57,787 nucleotides of DNA from positions 1 through 57,787 of the IMG/VR virus record IMGVR_UViG_3300017763_000019; one strand, 5' to 3'. The notes beneath the pieces were generated by a model. It saw only the letters and a program-made list of their open reading frames with translations. It did not search any database and was not told the origin of the DNA. Made by a program: the position numbers and the translations under genes. Below are positions 1-9,726 of this stretch, piece after piece. How positions within the stretch are numbered: position 1 is the stretch's first letter; the number at the start of each line of letters is the position of its first letter. This DNA is from a virus. Taxonomy: Duplodnaviria; Caudoviricetes.

Positions 1-153
1 GATACTTCAGCTAGTATGACTAGTGTAAGTGCGTTTACTGATCAAGTTGATCTTCTTAAAATAAACGAAACTATTGATACTGAGAAAACTGATGTGTTAT
101 ATACTTCGGGAGTAGCGGAAGAACCACCACAAGACCTATTTGCTGGTTGGTAA
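1..153 (+). CDS. 3' end of probable neck protein (gp14-like), partial
   Basis: Frame 1 is open from the window edge (DTSASMTSVSAFT...PPQDLFAGW*). It lies directly upstream of gp15, as in the T4 gene order. Confidence 0.5.
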   Translation, partial: DTSASMTSVSAFTDQVDLLKINETIDTEKTDVLYTSGVAEEPPQDLFAGW

Positions 154-161
154 TCTGTAAG

Positions 162-169
162 TATAAATA
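162..169 (+). promoter_or_regulatory. T4-type late promoter
   Basis: TATAAATA upstream of gp15, followed by a GGAG RBS. Confidence 0.75.
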
Positions 170-193
170 CTCTTAAATAAGTGGAGATACATA

Positions 194-1030
194 ATGCCAG
201 GTATACAATATTATTACCCTGAAACAATTAGAGGAATTACAGTAGCTTTACTGGATGTCTTTAATAATATGGAAGTTAGAAGACGTGATGATAATGGTGA
301 TGTAGCTAAAACTTTTAAATTACCAATTACATTTGGCCCAGCCGAAAAGTATCACTACCTAAGAGACGAAGATGGGCAACAGAAAAGGTATTATTTACAA
401 TTACCTCGTCTTGCTCTTGCTTTAACAGGTTTTAACTATTCGGGTGATAGAGCAGTTGGTGTAAATGAGAATAGGTACTTCTTTAATGAAGAACTTGGTT
501 TGGAACTTTCAACAAAATTTACAAAGGACGCTCAACCAACACCATACGACTTAACATTCACACTTTATATTCGCACAGAGTCGATGGACGACTTTTCACA
601 AGTTATTGAACAAATACTTCCATACTTTAATCCAGCCTTACACCTAAGAGTGAAAGAATTTACTGGAATGAATATAGAAAGAAACTTAAAAGTGACAATG
701 GAAGGTGTTTCACCTGAGTTTTTAGATGTACAAGAAGAGAATTCAAAAAGATATATTAATGGTACGATTAACTTAACAGTTAATGCATATATGTATAGAC
801 CTATTAGTGATAGTGCTATCATTAAAGAAATACAATCACGATACTTTGTTGATAATGGTACATCCGCAATAATGTCGGAAAAGTTTAACACATCCGGACA
901 CACTGAAACAAGTGCGTTCCCATCAAGTAGTGATTACATACTTAGTGGGTCATTAGATGGAAGTTATAGTACGGCTCCGAATGTAAGTTCCACAGCTTAC
1001 TATTTCACATCAGCAATAAGTAATACCTGA
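194..1030 (+). CDS. gp15: Tail terminator / sheath stabilizer, T4 gp15-like
   Basis: YYYPETIR..VALLDVFNN, KLPITFGPAEK, LQLPRLAL, PTPYDLTFTL and QVIEQILPYFNP motifs; synteny. Confidence 0.9.
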   Translation: MPGIQYYYPETIRGITVALLDVFNNMEVRRRDDNGDVAKTFKLPITFGPAEKYHYLRDEDGQQKRYYLQLPRLALALTGFNYSGDRAVGVNENRYFFNEELGLELSTKFTKDAQPTPYDLTFTLYIRTESMDDFSQVIEQILPYFNPALHLRVKEFTGMNIERNLKVTMEGVSPEFLDVQEENSKRYINGTINLTVNAYMYRPISDSAIIKEIQSRYFVDNGTSAIMSEKFNTSGHTETSAFPSSSDYILSGSLDGSYSTAPNVSSTAYYFTSAISNT

Positions 1031-1039
1031 GGTAAATAA

Positions 1040-1543
1040 ATGTCAATTGAAGAAAGTTTTAAAGGAATGACTTCGGCGTTGGATGTAGAATATGTCCACG
1101 ATGTAGCTGAAAGTGAAAAACTGTTTAATAAAATGGAAACGAAGAAGAATGAGATAGCACAAAAGGTACAAACCTCCACTGTTATAACACTCGAAGACCA
1201 AGAATATATGCAATTTGAATTGAAAAGTTTAATTCAAGGTGGTATGACAATATTAGAAGTATTATCACAAGACATTAAGATTGGAACTAAACCAAGTACA
1301 CACGAAGCATACTTTAACGGTCTAGACAAAGTGGGTAAGTTGGTTAGAGAGTTAAGGGATCTTAATTTATCTGTTAAGAAATTGGAAATTGACGAAATTA
1401 GGGCTGGTAATACACAATCAGCAGATGTTTCTGTAACACATAAGTTAGATGGACGTGCCATACTTAAAATGTTAAAAAAGGTAAAAGAAGAAAGCGTTTT
1501 AAATACAATAGAGGCTAACTTCGAGGTGGAAGATAAAGAATGA
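1040..1543 (+). CDS. gp16: Small terminase subunit, gp16-like
   Basis: Helical 167-aa protein; PSTHEAYF...VRELRDL resembles the gp16 PRAFEV segment; between gp15 and gp17. Confidence 0.65.
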   Translation: MSIEESFKGMTSALDVEYVHDVAESEKLFNKMETKKNEIAQKVQTSTVITLEDQEYMQFELKSLIQGGMTILEVLSQDIKIGTKPSTHEAYFNGLDKVGKLVRELRDLNLSVKKLEIDEIRAGNTQSADVSVTHKLDGRAILKMLKKVKEESVLNTIEANFEVEDKE

Positions 1544-1890
1544 GATTTTTAGAATATTATGATTTTCATAAAAAGAATAAATTAATGTTTGAAGAAACCT
1601 TTGAAAAATATTACACTAGAGGTTACTTTGGTAAACTCGATAAAAAAGAAATAAAGACTCAGCAGAAGGCATGGTTTGAAAAACTGATGTATTTTACTAA
1701 GGATAAAAACTTATTTGAATTGTGTATGGCACTATCAAGTAAGGAGAATAGAATTAGTAGAGAATGGTTTTCACATATGACTGGACATGAAATAAAGTAC
1801 GAAACTAAAGAGAAAGTTATTGAAATTATTCATGAATATGTTGAGAACGGCCATTGTATTATAAATACAAGCAATAAAGGGAAGTTATAA
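1540..1890 (+). CDS. Hypothetical protein, possibly an internal head protein
   Basis: ATGA overlap with gp16; N-terminus MRFLEY is weakly CTS-like. Confidence 0.6.
   Translation: MRFLEYYDFHKKNKLMFEETFEKYYTRGYFGKLDKKEIKTQQKAWFEKLMYFTKDKNLFELCMALSSKENRISREWFSHMTGHEIKYETKEKVIEIIHEYVENGHCIINTSNKGKL
1860..1867 (+). promoter_or_regulatory. T4-type late promoter
   Basis: TATAAATA upstream of ORF 1892. Confidence 0.7.
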
Positions 1891-1891
1891 T

Positions 1892-3643
1892 ATGGATTAT
1901 AGAGAATTAATTAACGAAGCACAAGAAATGCTTAATGATGATATTAATGATATTGGTAAGGAGTTTTCACCTGAAGAAAAAGAAAAAATTTTAGCAAATG
2001 CTAAAAAAACATATGGTGAAATTAAAAAATCACTCGAAGCAGAAGGTGGTAACATTGCCGAAGAAGTACGTGAGTTAGTTACCAGACAATTATTTAAGCT
2101 GTCTAAAGCTATAAAAAAAAATGATCCTAATACACTTACAGCTTTATCAAACCAAGTTCAGGACTCTTATACCAATCAAGACCCAGCTGCAGCGAAAAAA
2201 TTATTAAGAAGAATGAAGTCAAAGGAGGACTCCAAGAAAACTAAAACAATGTCGTCAGTGAGTTCAAACGCCGATAGTGAGGGGTCTGATGAAACTCAAA
2301 AAATGACTCCAACACTACAACCATCGAAAATAGCGCAAGAAGTTACACCAAAAGTACCAGCTGGTACTAAGGAAACACAAAAAAAATACAAAGTAGATTT
2401 AAATAAACCAATAGAAGCAGCAATTTTGGGACTTCGGTGTATCCATGACACCGGGACAGTACCATACTTAGGTAGTGGTAAAATATTTCTTGACCAAATA
2501 ACTCAGAAACTAGCATCAAGAGAGTCTGCCATCGAAAAATTTATGAAGCTAGCAGCTGATGAAGACTATAAGGAACAATTTACCGACAATCTTGAAAGGC
2601 TTGCTGATGAAAGTGATGTAACAGCCAGTAGTGAGAATGTGATAGTCATTGATGATAAAAAGTTTAGTATAACAAAAGCTGAAAATACTCTGAATACATG
2701 GTTGTCAGCATTGGTGGATTATACATACAACAACTGTTATGATAAAGTGAAGAAGAATATAAGAGACAGTAGAAAAATTAAGCCGGCTCATAAGGATGAA
2801 CTTCAAGGTCAAGCAAAGGGTATGATCAATGGGTTTTATACGACAATGGTCGCTGCTTTCCCTTTTCAGACTTATCAACAGGCAGTAGTCGATGCTGAAA
2901 AAAGAGATGAAGAAGTTGAGGATTGGATAAAGGCATGTATATATAATCGACTATACTACATATACATAATGTATAGATTCTCAGTATCTATTGGTTTTAA
3001 GGAGCTCATACCAAGGTCGGAAGGAGCGAGAACGTATATAAAATTATCTAGTATGAATAAAGTGCTTGGTGGTGATGGAGATAATGATAATCAACAAAGC
3101 GTTTTTGGTACAGAAACTAATGTGCAAAATATTTTCAAACAAGCTTTAGAACAAGCATCACAAATAAAATCCAGTGATATTACTTTCTTTGAGAATGTTA
3201 CACATACAATAGATATGGCGAATAGATTTCTGGGTGAGGCCACCGACGATCCAACAGTTACCGATGAAAAAGACTTCCTACCAAAAATACTTACCGACTT
3301 TGTTGCAATCATGAAGATGGTAAAGAATAGAAATGCATTCAGTCTAGAAAAGTTTAATAATCTTGTAAAAGCTGATGAATTAAATAAGGTAGATTTAATG
3401 CAGGGTTGGTTAGATAAAAATAAAAAAGTGAAAGAAAAAAATAATTATTTACAAACCGCTCTACAATTTATGGTATACGCAAAAATGTACGGTGAGGGTG
3501 GAGATGTTGGTTGGGCTAAGAAATTCGCAAAGAGATGGCCCAAACTTACTGGTGGTTTCGGAATTGTAACGACATTTAAGGCTGGAAAAAAAGCAGTTGA
3601 GATTGGAAAAAAAGCATTAGGTATTGCACAAAAGATTCTTTAA
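1892..3643 (+). CDS. 583-aa putative internal head (ejected) protein
   Basis: Own late promoter; MDYRELINE/A resembles the T4 capsid targeting sequence; helical and charged. Confidence 0.55.
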   Translation: MDYRELINEAQEMLNDDINDIGKEFSPEEKEKILANAKKTYGEIKKSLEAEGGNIAEEVRELVTRQLFKLSKAIKKNDPNTLTALSNQVQDSYTNQDPAAAKKLLRRMKSKEDSKKTKTMSSVSSNADSEGSDETQKMTPTLQPSKIAQEVTPKVPAGTKETQKKYKVDLNKPIEAAILGLRCIHDTGTVPYLGSGKIFLDQITQKLASRESAIEKFMKLAADEDYKEQFTDNLERLADESDVTASSENVIVIDDKKFSITKAENTLNTWLSALVDYTYNNCYDKVKKNIRDSRKIKPAHKDELQGQAKGMINGFYTTMVAAFPFQTYQQAVVDAEKRDEEVEDWIKACIYNRLYYIYIMYRFSVSIGFKELIPRSEGARTYIKLSSMNKVLGGDGDNDNQQSVFGTETNVQNIFKQALEQASQIKSSDITFFENVTHTIDMANRFLGEATDDPTVTDEKDFLPKILTDFVAIMKMVKNRNAFSLEKFNNLVKADELNKVDLMQGWLDKNKKVKEKNNYLQTALQFMVYAKMYGEGGDVGWAKKFAKRWPKLTGGFGIVTTFKAGKKAVEIGKKALGIAQKIL

Positions 3644-3661
3644 TTGAATAAAGGTTGATTT

Positions 3662-5251
3662 ATGTATAATGGTAATAAGATGCTTCGAGCAAAGGGTGAG
3701 GAAATTGAGTACTCACCCGAACTGCTTGAGGAGTATGCTAGATGTCAAGAAGACATAATTTACTTTGCAGAAAAATATTTTAAGATTGTAACAATTGATG
3801 AAGGTGAACACCTCATTAAATTATTTGATTTCCAACGAAAGATGTTAAAAGCATTTGTTGGTGATGATGATCCAAGACAGCATTTAGCTTTGTGTTCCTC
3901 ACGTCAGATTGGTAAAACTACCATATCCACAATTTATATTTTATGGTTCATTCTTTTCAACGAAGAGAAGACTGTTGCTGTACTTGCGAATAGAGAAAAG
4001 ACAGCAATTGAAATTTTAAAAAGAATTAAAGAAGCGTATCAGAATTTGCCTTTGTGGTTACAACAAGGTATTGATACTGATTGGAGTAAGACTGAGATCC
4101 TACTAGAAAACAAAAGTCGTATTGTTGCCGGTTCAACTGCATCAAGTGCTATTCGTGGTTATGTAATTAACTTACTATTTTTGGATGAGTTTGCTTTTGT
4201 ACCTAATAATATCGCAGATGACTTTATGGCTTCCGTTTATCCTACTATTGTAACTGGTAAAACGTCGAAAATAATTGTTGCTTCAACACCAAATGGTATG
4301 AATCACTTCTATCACATCTGGCGTGAAGCCGTAAAAGGTGAAAGTGGGTTTAGACCAATTAAAGTTAATTGGTGGGAAGTGCCAGGTCGTGACGCACAGT
4401 TCAAAGAACAAACAATTAAAGATATTGGTATTATACGATGGAACCAAGAGTTTCAAGCTAAATTCTTAGGGTCATCAAGTACATTGATAGATTCGGATTT
4501 ACTAGAAAGAATGGGTCAGTCAACAAGGGACCCAAGTAGCCTTTCAATGGGCGATTTACTTTACATATATGAACGACCAGAACTTGATACAATGTATATT
4601 ATGGGTGTAGACACAGCAAAGGGTACAGGTGGTGATTATTCGTGTGTACAAGTTTTAAAAATTAAAGATGAACATGACATTGATCACGTTGCGACCTATA
4701 GATGTAATACAATATCACCACATGACTTTGCACAAGTCTGTATATCCATTTCACAATACTATAATGGATGTTACATGATGGTGGAGAACAATGATGTAGG
4801 TGGTCAAGTAGCGGATAGTATTTGGTTTGAATACGAGTATGATAAAATTCTTAACACTGATAGAAAAGGTATTGGTACAAGGTCAACAAGGAAATCAAAA
4901 CTAGCAGCTAACATATTAATGAAAAGATATTTAGAATCTGGTTGGTTAGACATTAAGGATCAAAGAACGGTATATGAGTTTGGTGTATATGAAGAAATAC
5001 GGCCTGATGTATTCCAAGCACCAAGAACTGAACATGATGATTGTGTAACAAGTTTACTATGGGGTTTATATTTTATAACAACCGAATTCTTTGATAATAA
5101 GTCTTTACAAGTTAAAACAATAGATGCTAAATGGCGAATTGATGGTGGTGAAGACTACGATTTACCAATTATGATGAGTAATGATATACAACACAATTAT
5201 GATGAAGATGGATTTGATTGGAGTCAGGACGGTAATGGTTTCTTACCGTAA
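3662..5251 (+). CDS. gp17: Large terminase subunit
   Basis: Walker A SSRQIGKT, Walker B LLFLDE, ASTPNG, nuclease GVDTAKG..GDYS and HDDCV. Confidence 0.97.
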   Translation: MYNGNKMLRAKGEEIEYSPELLEEYARCQEDIIYFAEKYFKIVTIDEGEHLIKLFDFQRKMLKAFVGDDDPRQHLALCSSRQIGKTTISTIYILWFILFNEEKTVAVLANREKTAIEILKRIKEAYQNLPLWLQQGIDTDWSKTEILLENKSRIVAGSTASSAIRGYVINLLFLDEFAFVPNNIADDFMASVYPTIVTGKTSKIIVASTPNGMNHFYHIWREAVKGESGFRPIKVNWWEVPGRDAQFKEQTIKDIGIIRWNQEFQAKFLGSSSTLIDSDLLERMGQSTRDPSSLSMGDLLYIYERPELDTMYIMGVDTAKGTGGDYSCVQVLKIKDEHDIDHVATYRCNTISPHDFAQVCISISQYYNGCYMMVENNDVGGQVADSIWFEYEYDKILNTDRKGIGTRSTRKSKLAANILMKRYLESGWLDIKDQRTVYEFGVYEEIRPDVFQAPRTEHDDCVTSLLWGLYFITTEFFDNKSLQVKTIDAKWRIDGGEDYDLPIMMSNDIQHNYDEDGFDWSQDGNGFLP

Positions 5252-5262
5252 TTAATAGATTA

Positions 5263-5270
5263 TATAAATA
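5263..5270 (+). promoter_or_regulatory. T4-type late promoter
   Basis: TATAAATA upstream of the sheath gene (AAGGAG RBS). Confidence 0.75.
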
Positions 5271-5343
5271 CAGTTATAATGGATATAAATTCAGTAATTG
5301 ATGTGAGTGAAATTATTAAAAAAAATTTAAAAGGAGATATAAT

Positions 5344-7257
5344 ATGGCTGGAGGATTTAAAGCACCTGGCATAACAAGAATAGAAACAGACTTATCAGAG
5401 GTGGCTGAGGCTGCCGGTACTTCTGTTGGTGCATTAGTAGGGGGTGCTGATAAAGGACCCACAAATAGACGAGTATTAATAACAAGTAACAAACAACTAG
5501 TTGACACATTTGGAGCTCCAACAGGCACTGATGCTGATATGACGATCTATGCAGGATTAGAGTTTTTAAAAGAAAGTAATGCATTATACTTTGTTCGTGC
5601 AAGTCATGGTGGAGAAAAGTATGCATCCATGGAAGTTCCTAAAACTTCTGCTGGTTATATAGCACCAAGAACAACTGGTGTTACAGCATCAGCTACAAGT
5701 ACTGTTTTAATAGATAATGAGTACACTGATGGTAATACTAAACGTCGAGTGGACGGACAAGGTGGTAACTATGATGTTGAAAAATACACATATGAATTTG
5801 GAGATACAGGTTCAGCAACTTTATCCGCCAAACCCTCTTCAATAGTTATTGCTGCCCAAGGACCTGGTACTTATGGTAATGATGTTGGTATTTCAATTGT
5901 AACTTGTGCAGATACTGATTATAGAGGAACATACGGATTTAATTGGGAAATGAACTATGACGATCCTAATGCAACATCATATTTATGGACTTCGGGATCA
6001 AAAATAGAAAATTTGGATGGTACACCTTCATCAGCTACTGATGCTTTATGGAAAAAAGTGTATCGTGTTAATGTTTATGAAAAACCTTTAAATACAGATG
6101 ACTCATATTGGCCTGCTACAAGTGCTACAACACCAGTTGAAACATACTTAGTATCAAACTCAAAAATAAAAGACTCACAAGGTAATAACCTTTACGCACC
6201 TGATGTAATTAACAGTTCTTCAAAATATGTTTATGTTAAAGTTAAAGATGATGCTATGCCTATGAGTACATTATTAACTTCTACTCGTACAGTACCTACA
6301 AATGCATACGATACAACTGCTATCAATTCAGTTATTTCATTAAATGGTGGTACTGATGCAAAAGCTTCTGTTACCGAGTCTGATAAAGCGAGTGCTTGGT
6401 ATTTATTTACAGAACGTGAGAGTTCATCACCTAATATCCTATTAGTTCCTGATAGACCAAATTCTGTTGATACCGGTAGTGGTGTTATTGGTACAATTAA
6501 AACGGTTGGTAACATTGCTGCTGAACGTCAGGATTGTATAGCTGTTGGACAGGTTGGTGCGATTTCTGAAACATTACCACAGGATCTGGTCAATAAAGTA
6601 AATAAATACTATTCATTTAACAATCCGAGTTATGTAGCATTATATACTGGTTATGATAAAGTTAATGATAGTTTTACTGGTCAACAAATTTTATTACCAA
6701 AAGCAATCTTTGGTGCTGCTTTAATGGCTCGCACTGACGAACTTGCGAACACATGGGATGCCCCGGCAGGTATCAATAGAGGTATTATAGGTGCCTCGGC
6801 AGGACAAATTAAAAGTTATAGTGAAAACGATATTGGTTTCATGTATGACAATAACATCAACGCTTCAAAATTCATTCGTGGTATTGGACACGTTATGTGG
6901 GGTCAAAAAACGGCACAGCGTAAAAAATCTGCATTGGATCGTATTAATGTAAGAAGATTATTACTCTTTTTACAAAATACTATTGAACCAAGCCTTTTAC
7001 CATTCCTGTTTGAGCCAAACGATGAAAAAACACGTGACCGAGTGTTTAGTGTCGTCGATGGTTTTCTTTCGGGTGTGTTCTCGGCCGGTGGTTTGACGGC
7101 TTATGAAGTAGTTGTAAACGAAACTAACAATACTCCTCAGGTAATTGATAATAATCAATTAAACGTGGATATTTATGTACAACCTACTAGAACTATTGAA
7201 TTCATTCAGTTACAAACTGTCGTAACAAGAACTGGTGTTTCATTTAGTGAAGTTTAA
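5344..7257 (+). CDS. gp18: Contractile tail sheath protein
   Basis: APGITRIETDLS N-terminus, WDAPAGINRG, WGQKT, ALDRINVRRL, VNETNNTPQVID, QPTRTIEFI. Confidence 0.96.
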   Translation: MAGGFKAPGITRIETDLSEVAEAAGTSVGALVGGADKGPTNRRVLITSNKQLVDTFGAPTGTDADMTIYAGLEFLKESNALYFVRASHGGEKYASMEVPKTSAGYIAPRTTGVTASATSTVLIDNEYTDGNTKRRVDGQGGNYDVEKYTYEFGDTGSATLSAKPSSIVIAAQGPGTYGNDVGISIVTCADTDYRGTYGFNWEMNYDDPNATSYLWTSGSKIENLDGTPSSATDALWKKVYRVNVYEKPLNTDDSYWPATSATTPVETYLVSNSKIKDSQGNNLYAPDVINSSSKYVYVKVKDDAMPMSTLLTSTRTVPTNAYDTTAINSVISLNGGTDAKASVTESDKASAWYLFTERESSSPNILLVPDRPNSVDTGSGVIGTIKTVGNIAAERQDCIAVGQVGAISETLPQDLVNKVNKYYSFNNPSYVALYTGYDKVNDSFTGQQILLPKAIFGAALMARTDELANTWDAPAGINRGIIGASAGQIKSYSENDIGFMYDNNINASKFIRGIGHVMWGQKTAQRKKSALDRINVRRLLLFLQNTIEPSLLPFLFEPNDEKTRDRVFSVVDGFLSGVFSAGGLTAYEVVVNETNNTPQVIDNNQLNVDIYVQPTRTIEFIQLQTVVTRTGVSFSEV

Positions 7258-7262
7258 TTAAT

Positions 7263-7280
7263 GGGGAGGACAACCTCCCC
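7263..7280 (+). terminator. GC-rich hairpin after sheath gene (terminator or stabilizer; no clear U-tract)
   Basis: GGGGAGG-ACAA-CCTCCCC. Confidence 0.5.
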
Positions 7281-7291
7281 TACTTCAAAAC

Positions 7292-7299
7292 TATAAATA
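7292..7299 (+). promoter_or_regulatory. T4-type late promoter
   Basis: TATAAATA upstream of the tube gene. Confidence 0.75.
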
Positions 7300-7326
7300 A
7301 GTTTAGAAGAAAATAAGGAGATAAAA

Positions 7327-7896
7327 ATGGCAGATTTTCATATCGACAAAAGAATTGCTAAAAACAAAGACATACAAAGAGCGTATCAGTTTGAATTGAT
7401 AATACCTTCAGTAACAGGCACCGATTTAATTTCAGACAACTTTGCGGTTCAAGTTAGATCAGCGAGTATACCTGGTCGAGGCAACGAACCTATAACAAGT
7501 ACTTTTTTCGGACAAGAAAAATTTTACCCAGGAAAACCAACTTGGGGAGGTAATCAATTAACTGTTGAAGTTGAGGAGTACGATGATCATTCAGGTTTAA
7601 AAGCTCTTAATAGTTGGAGTGAATTAATGTTCAATTCTGATTTCAAGGATAGTGGAGCAAAAGGTGGTGGTGTGGCAAAATTATCTCGAGCAAGTGGCAA
7701 TTCACTAAATCTTTGTAAAGATATCACATTAAAAATGTATAAATACGATGGAACTCCTATGCCGAAGCAATGTGTATTTAAACAGGCGTGGCCAGAAACA
7801 GTTAGTGAAACAGCATTAGCTTACACTTCTAATGATTCCGTCAAATATAGTGTACAGTTTCGATGGGATTATTGGTTATTGCAAGATAATACTTAA
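7327..7896 (+). CDS. gp19: Tail tube protein
   Basis: VRSASIPG, FFGQEKFYPG, AWPETVSETALAY and YSVQFRWDYW match the gp19 pattern; follows the sheath. Confidence 0.9.
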   Translation: MADFHIDKRIAKNKDIQRAYQFELIIPSVTGTDLISDNFAVQVRSASIPGRGNEPITSTFFGQEKFYPGKPTWGGNQLTVEVEEYDDHSGLKALNSWSELMFNSDFKDSGAKGGGVAKLSRASGNSLNLCKDITLKMYKYDGTPMPKQCVFKQAWPETVSETALAYTSNDSVKYSVQFRWDYWLLQDNT

Positions 7897-7926
7897 TAAA
7901 ATTTGTAACTTAATAAATATAAAAAT

Positions 7927-7963
7927 AACAAAAAAGGGGGTTTGACGATTCCCTTTTTTGTTG
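7927..7963 (+). terminator. Intrinsic terminator (possibly bidirectional)
   Basis: AACAAAAAAGGG...CCCTTTTTTGTT inverted repeat. Confidence 0.7.
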
Positions 7964-7971
7964 TATAAATA
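7964..7971 (+). promoter_or_regulatory. T4-type late promoter
   Basis: TATAAATA; places the next start at ATG 7994. Confidence 0.7.
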
Positions 7972-7993
7972 CTGTTATAGTGAGGTATTAAAA

Positions 7994-8650
7994 ATGTCAA
8001 AAATTAAGCTTGGTAATTCATTTGGTAATTTCTTTTTTAAAGATATACAAAGAGCATATCAGTTTGTTGTAGATTTTCGGGGTCTGAATGGTGGTGGTAT
8101 TGATGAATTTAGATTAGATTTTCATACAAAGGGTAAGCACAATATTGAAATAGCAAGGACATTAAAAAAATCTCATGTGAAGAATGTTGTACTACCACAA
8201 TATCAATTTGAATCACAGGGATTGGATATGGGACCGTATGTAAAATCGTTTCCTGTACTACAAAGAGTACCACTGGATTTAAAAATAGAAATGGTTGAAG
8301 ATGAAGAGCATACAATTGGTTTTTTTATACAATATTTACAAAATCAGGTAATGAATGAGTATGGTGTATATAGACCAACAAACCTTCTTCCCACAGACGA
8401 GAAATTACCAACTGCAAAAGAGAAATTACAAATTGCGGTGACAATAGTTGGATATGACGGTGAAAAAATAGCGACTTATACATATTATAATTGTTATATA
8501 CAATCAGCATCGGAAGCTACATATGACTATACATCAAATGACGCAATTACCCATAACATATCTTTTAAAACAGATTATTATGGTGTAAAATATTATCCTA
8601 AACCAAGGAACCCACAAGCAGGTAGAACTTCATTTGATTCGCCTACTTAA
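7994..8650 (+). CDS. Tail-tube-fold protein (gp54-like tube initiator)
   Basis: Shares KDIQRAYQF and Y(T)SND with the adjacent gp19; GAGG RBS. Confidence 0.65.
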   Translation: MSKIKLGNSFGNFFFKDIQRAYQFVVDFRGLNGGGIDEFRLDFHTKGKHNIEIARTLKKSHVKNVVLPQYQFESQGLDMGPYVKSFPVLQRVPLDLKIEMVEDEEHTIGFFIQYLQNQVMNEYGVYRPTNLLPTDEKLPTAKEKLQIAVTIVGYDGEKIATYTYYNCYIQSASEATYDYTSNDAITHNISFKTDYYGVKYYPKPRNPQAGRTSFDSPT

Positions 8651-8653
8651 AAA

Positions 8654-8661
8654 TATAAATA
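8654..8661 (+). promoter_or_regulatory. T4-type late promoter
   Basis: TATAAATA upstream of the gp26-like gene. Confidence 0.7.
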
Positions 8662-8696
8662 CATATATAATAAATTGATTTGAAGGAGAATATATT

Positions 8697-9551
8697 ATGA
8701 AATCAGAAGATTTTACTGCGGAAGAGTTGTCGCAAGTGACAAACCCACAACCAACACAACAAAGTATACAACCTGCTAATCCATTAGCAGAGATGACTAA
8801 AGAGGTTGATAACAATGATATTGGTGATAATTATTGGCCAATTGACGACCTACCGAGTAAGTTTAAACTGTACCCAGAAGGTACTAAGATATTTGCAAGA
8901 CCGTTAAAAGTACTTGAAGTAAAAATGTTGTCATCTTTAAATAACGATAATTTTCATCATGTTATTACAGAAGTACTAAAAAAATCCGTTCGAGGTATTA
9001 ACATTGATGAAATGCTAGTTTCTGATAAACTGTTTATCATTTTCTGGTTGCGAGCAAATACATATAAGGAATCCGGTTATACGGTAGACTTTGAGTGTGA
9101 TATATGTAATACGGACTCAACATATGAGTTTGAGATTGATAATTTGGATATTATTGATATTAAAGATGATTATAATCCAGATGGTATTATTAAACTATCA
9201 CAAAGTGGTGATGAAATAAGAACTCGTCAGTTGACTATTAAAGAAGAAAATAATGTGAAAAACTTCTTAACAAGAAATAAACGAAGTGCAGCAGTGTATG
9301 ACGAAGACATACTAACAATTGCTAATTTAATAGAATCGGTTAATGATAAAAAATTATCACTGATGGATATGTATGATTATATTATTAACATGAACCCTAT
9401 TGATTTTGGTAAAATTGAAACATATTTAAATCATTACGATATGGGTATTAGTCCAATTATGAATGTTACTTGTAAAAACTGTGGGGGTGCTGCCGATGTG
9501 GCGGTGTCGTTTCGCTCCGACTTCTTTGTTCCCAAAGCTCCTCTTAACTGA
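8697..9551 (+). CDS. gp26: Baseplate hub assembly chaperone, gp26-like
   Basis: LPS..LYP, RPLKVLE, DKLFIIFWLR, two CxxC motifs (CDIC, CKNC) and C-terminal DFF. Confidence 0.8.
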   Translation: MKSEDFTAEELSQVTNPQPTQQSIQPANPLAEMTKEVDNNDIGDNYWPIDDLPSKFKLYPEGTKIFARPLKVLEVKMLSSLNNDNFHHVITEVLKKSVRGINIDEMLVSDKLFIIFWLRANTYKESGYTVDFECDICNTDSTYEFEIDNLDIIDIKDDYNPDGIIKLSQSGDEIRTRQLTIKEENNVKNFLTRNKRSAAVYDEDILTIANLIESVNDKKLSLMDMYDYIINMNPIDFGKIETYLNHYDMGISPIMNVTCKNCGGAADVAVSFRSDFFVPKAPLN

Positions 9552-9702
9552 AATACTTGAAATGGAATTTGTAGCATCCCTTAAAGTGGGGATGCCTCCA
9601 AGTCCGGATAGGGATTTTTTTGAACTAAACTGGTTCTACGAAAGATATGTTAAATACCATAAGGATATGGAACAAACCCAGAGTAATTCTTATCAGTTAT
9701 AA
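9511..9702 (+). CDS. gp51-like short chaperone segment in the +1 frame; start uncertain (frameshift or ATG 9562)
   Basis: LTEILEMEF...DFFELNWFYERY; sits between gp26 and the tape-measure-like gene; no SD-led start. Confidence 0.55.
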   Translation, partial: FAPTSLFPKLLLTEILEMEFVASLKVGMPPSPDRDFFELNWFYERYVKYHKDMEQTQSNSYQL

Positions 9703-9705
9703 ATA
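9698..9705 (+). promoter_or_regulatory. T4-type late promoter
   Basis: TATAAATA upstream of ORF 9727. Confidence 0.7.
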
Positions 9706-9726
9706 GTATTAAAGTAGGATATAAAT

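Noticed and set aside
3662-7257. Intron or intein in terminase or sheath
   Set aside because: The ORFs are continuous, of ordinary length, and lack splice or homing-endonuclease motifs.
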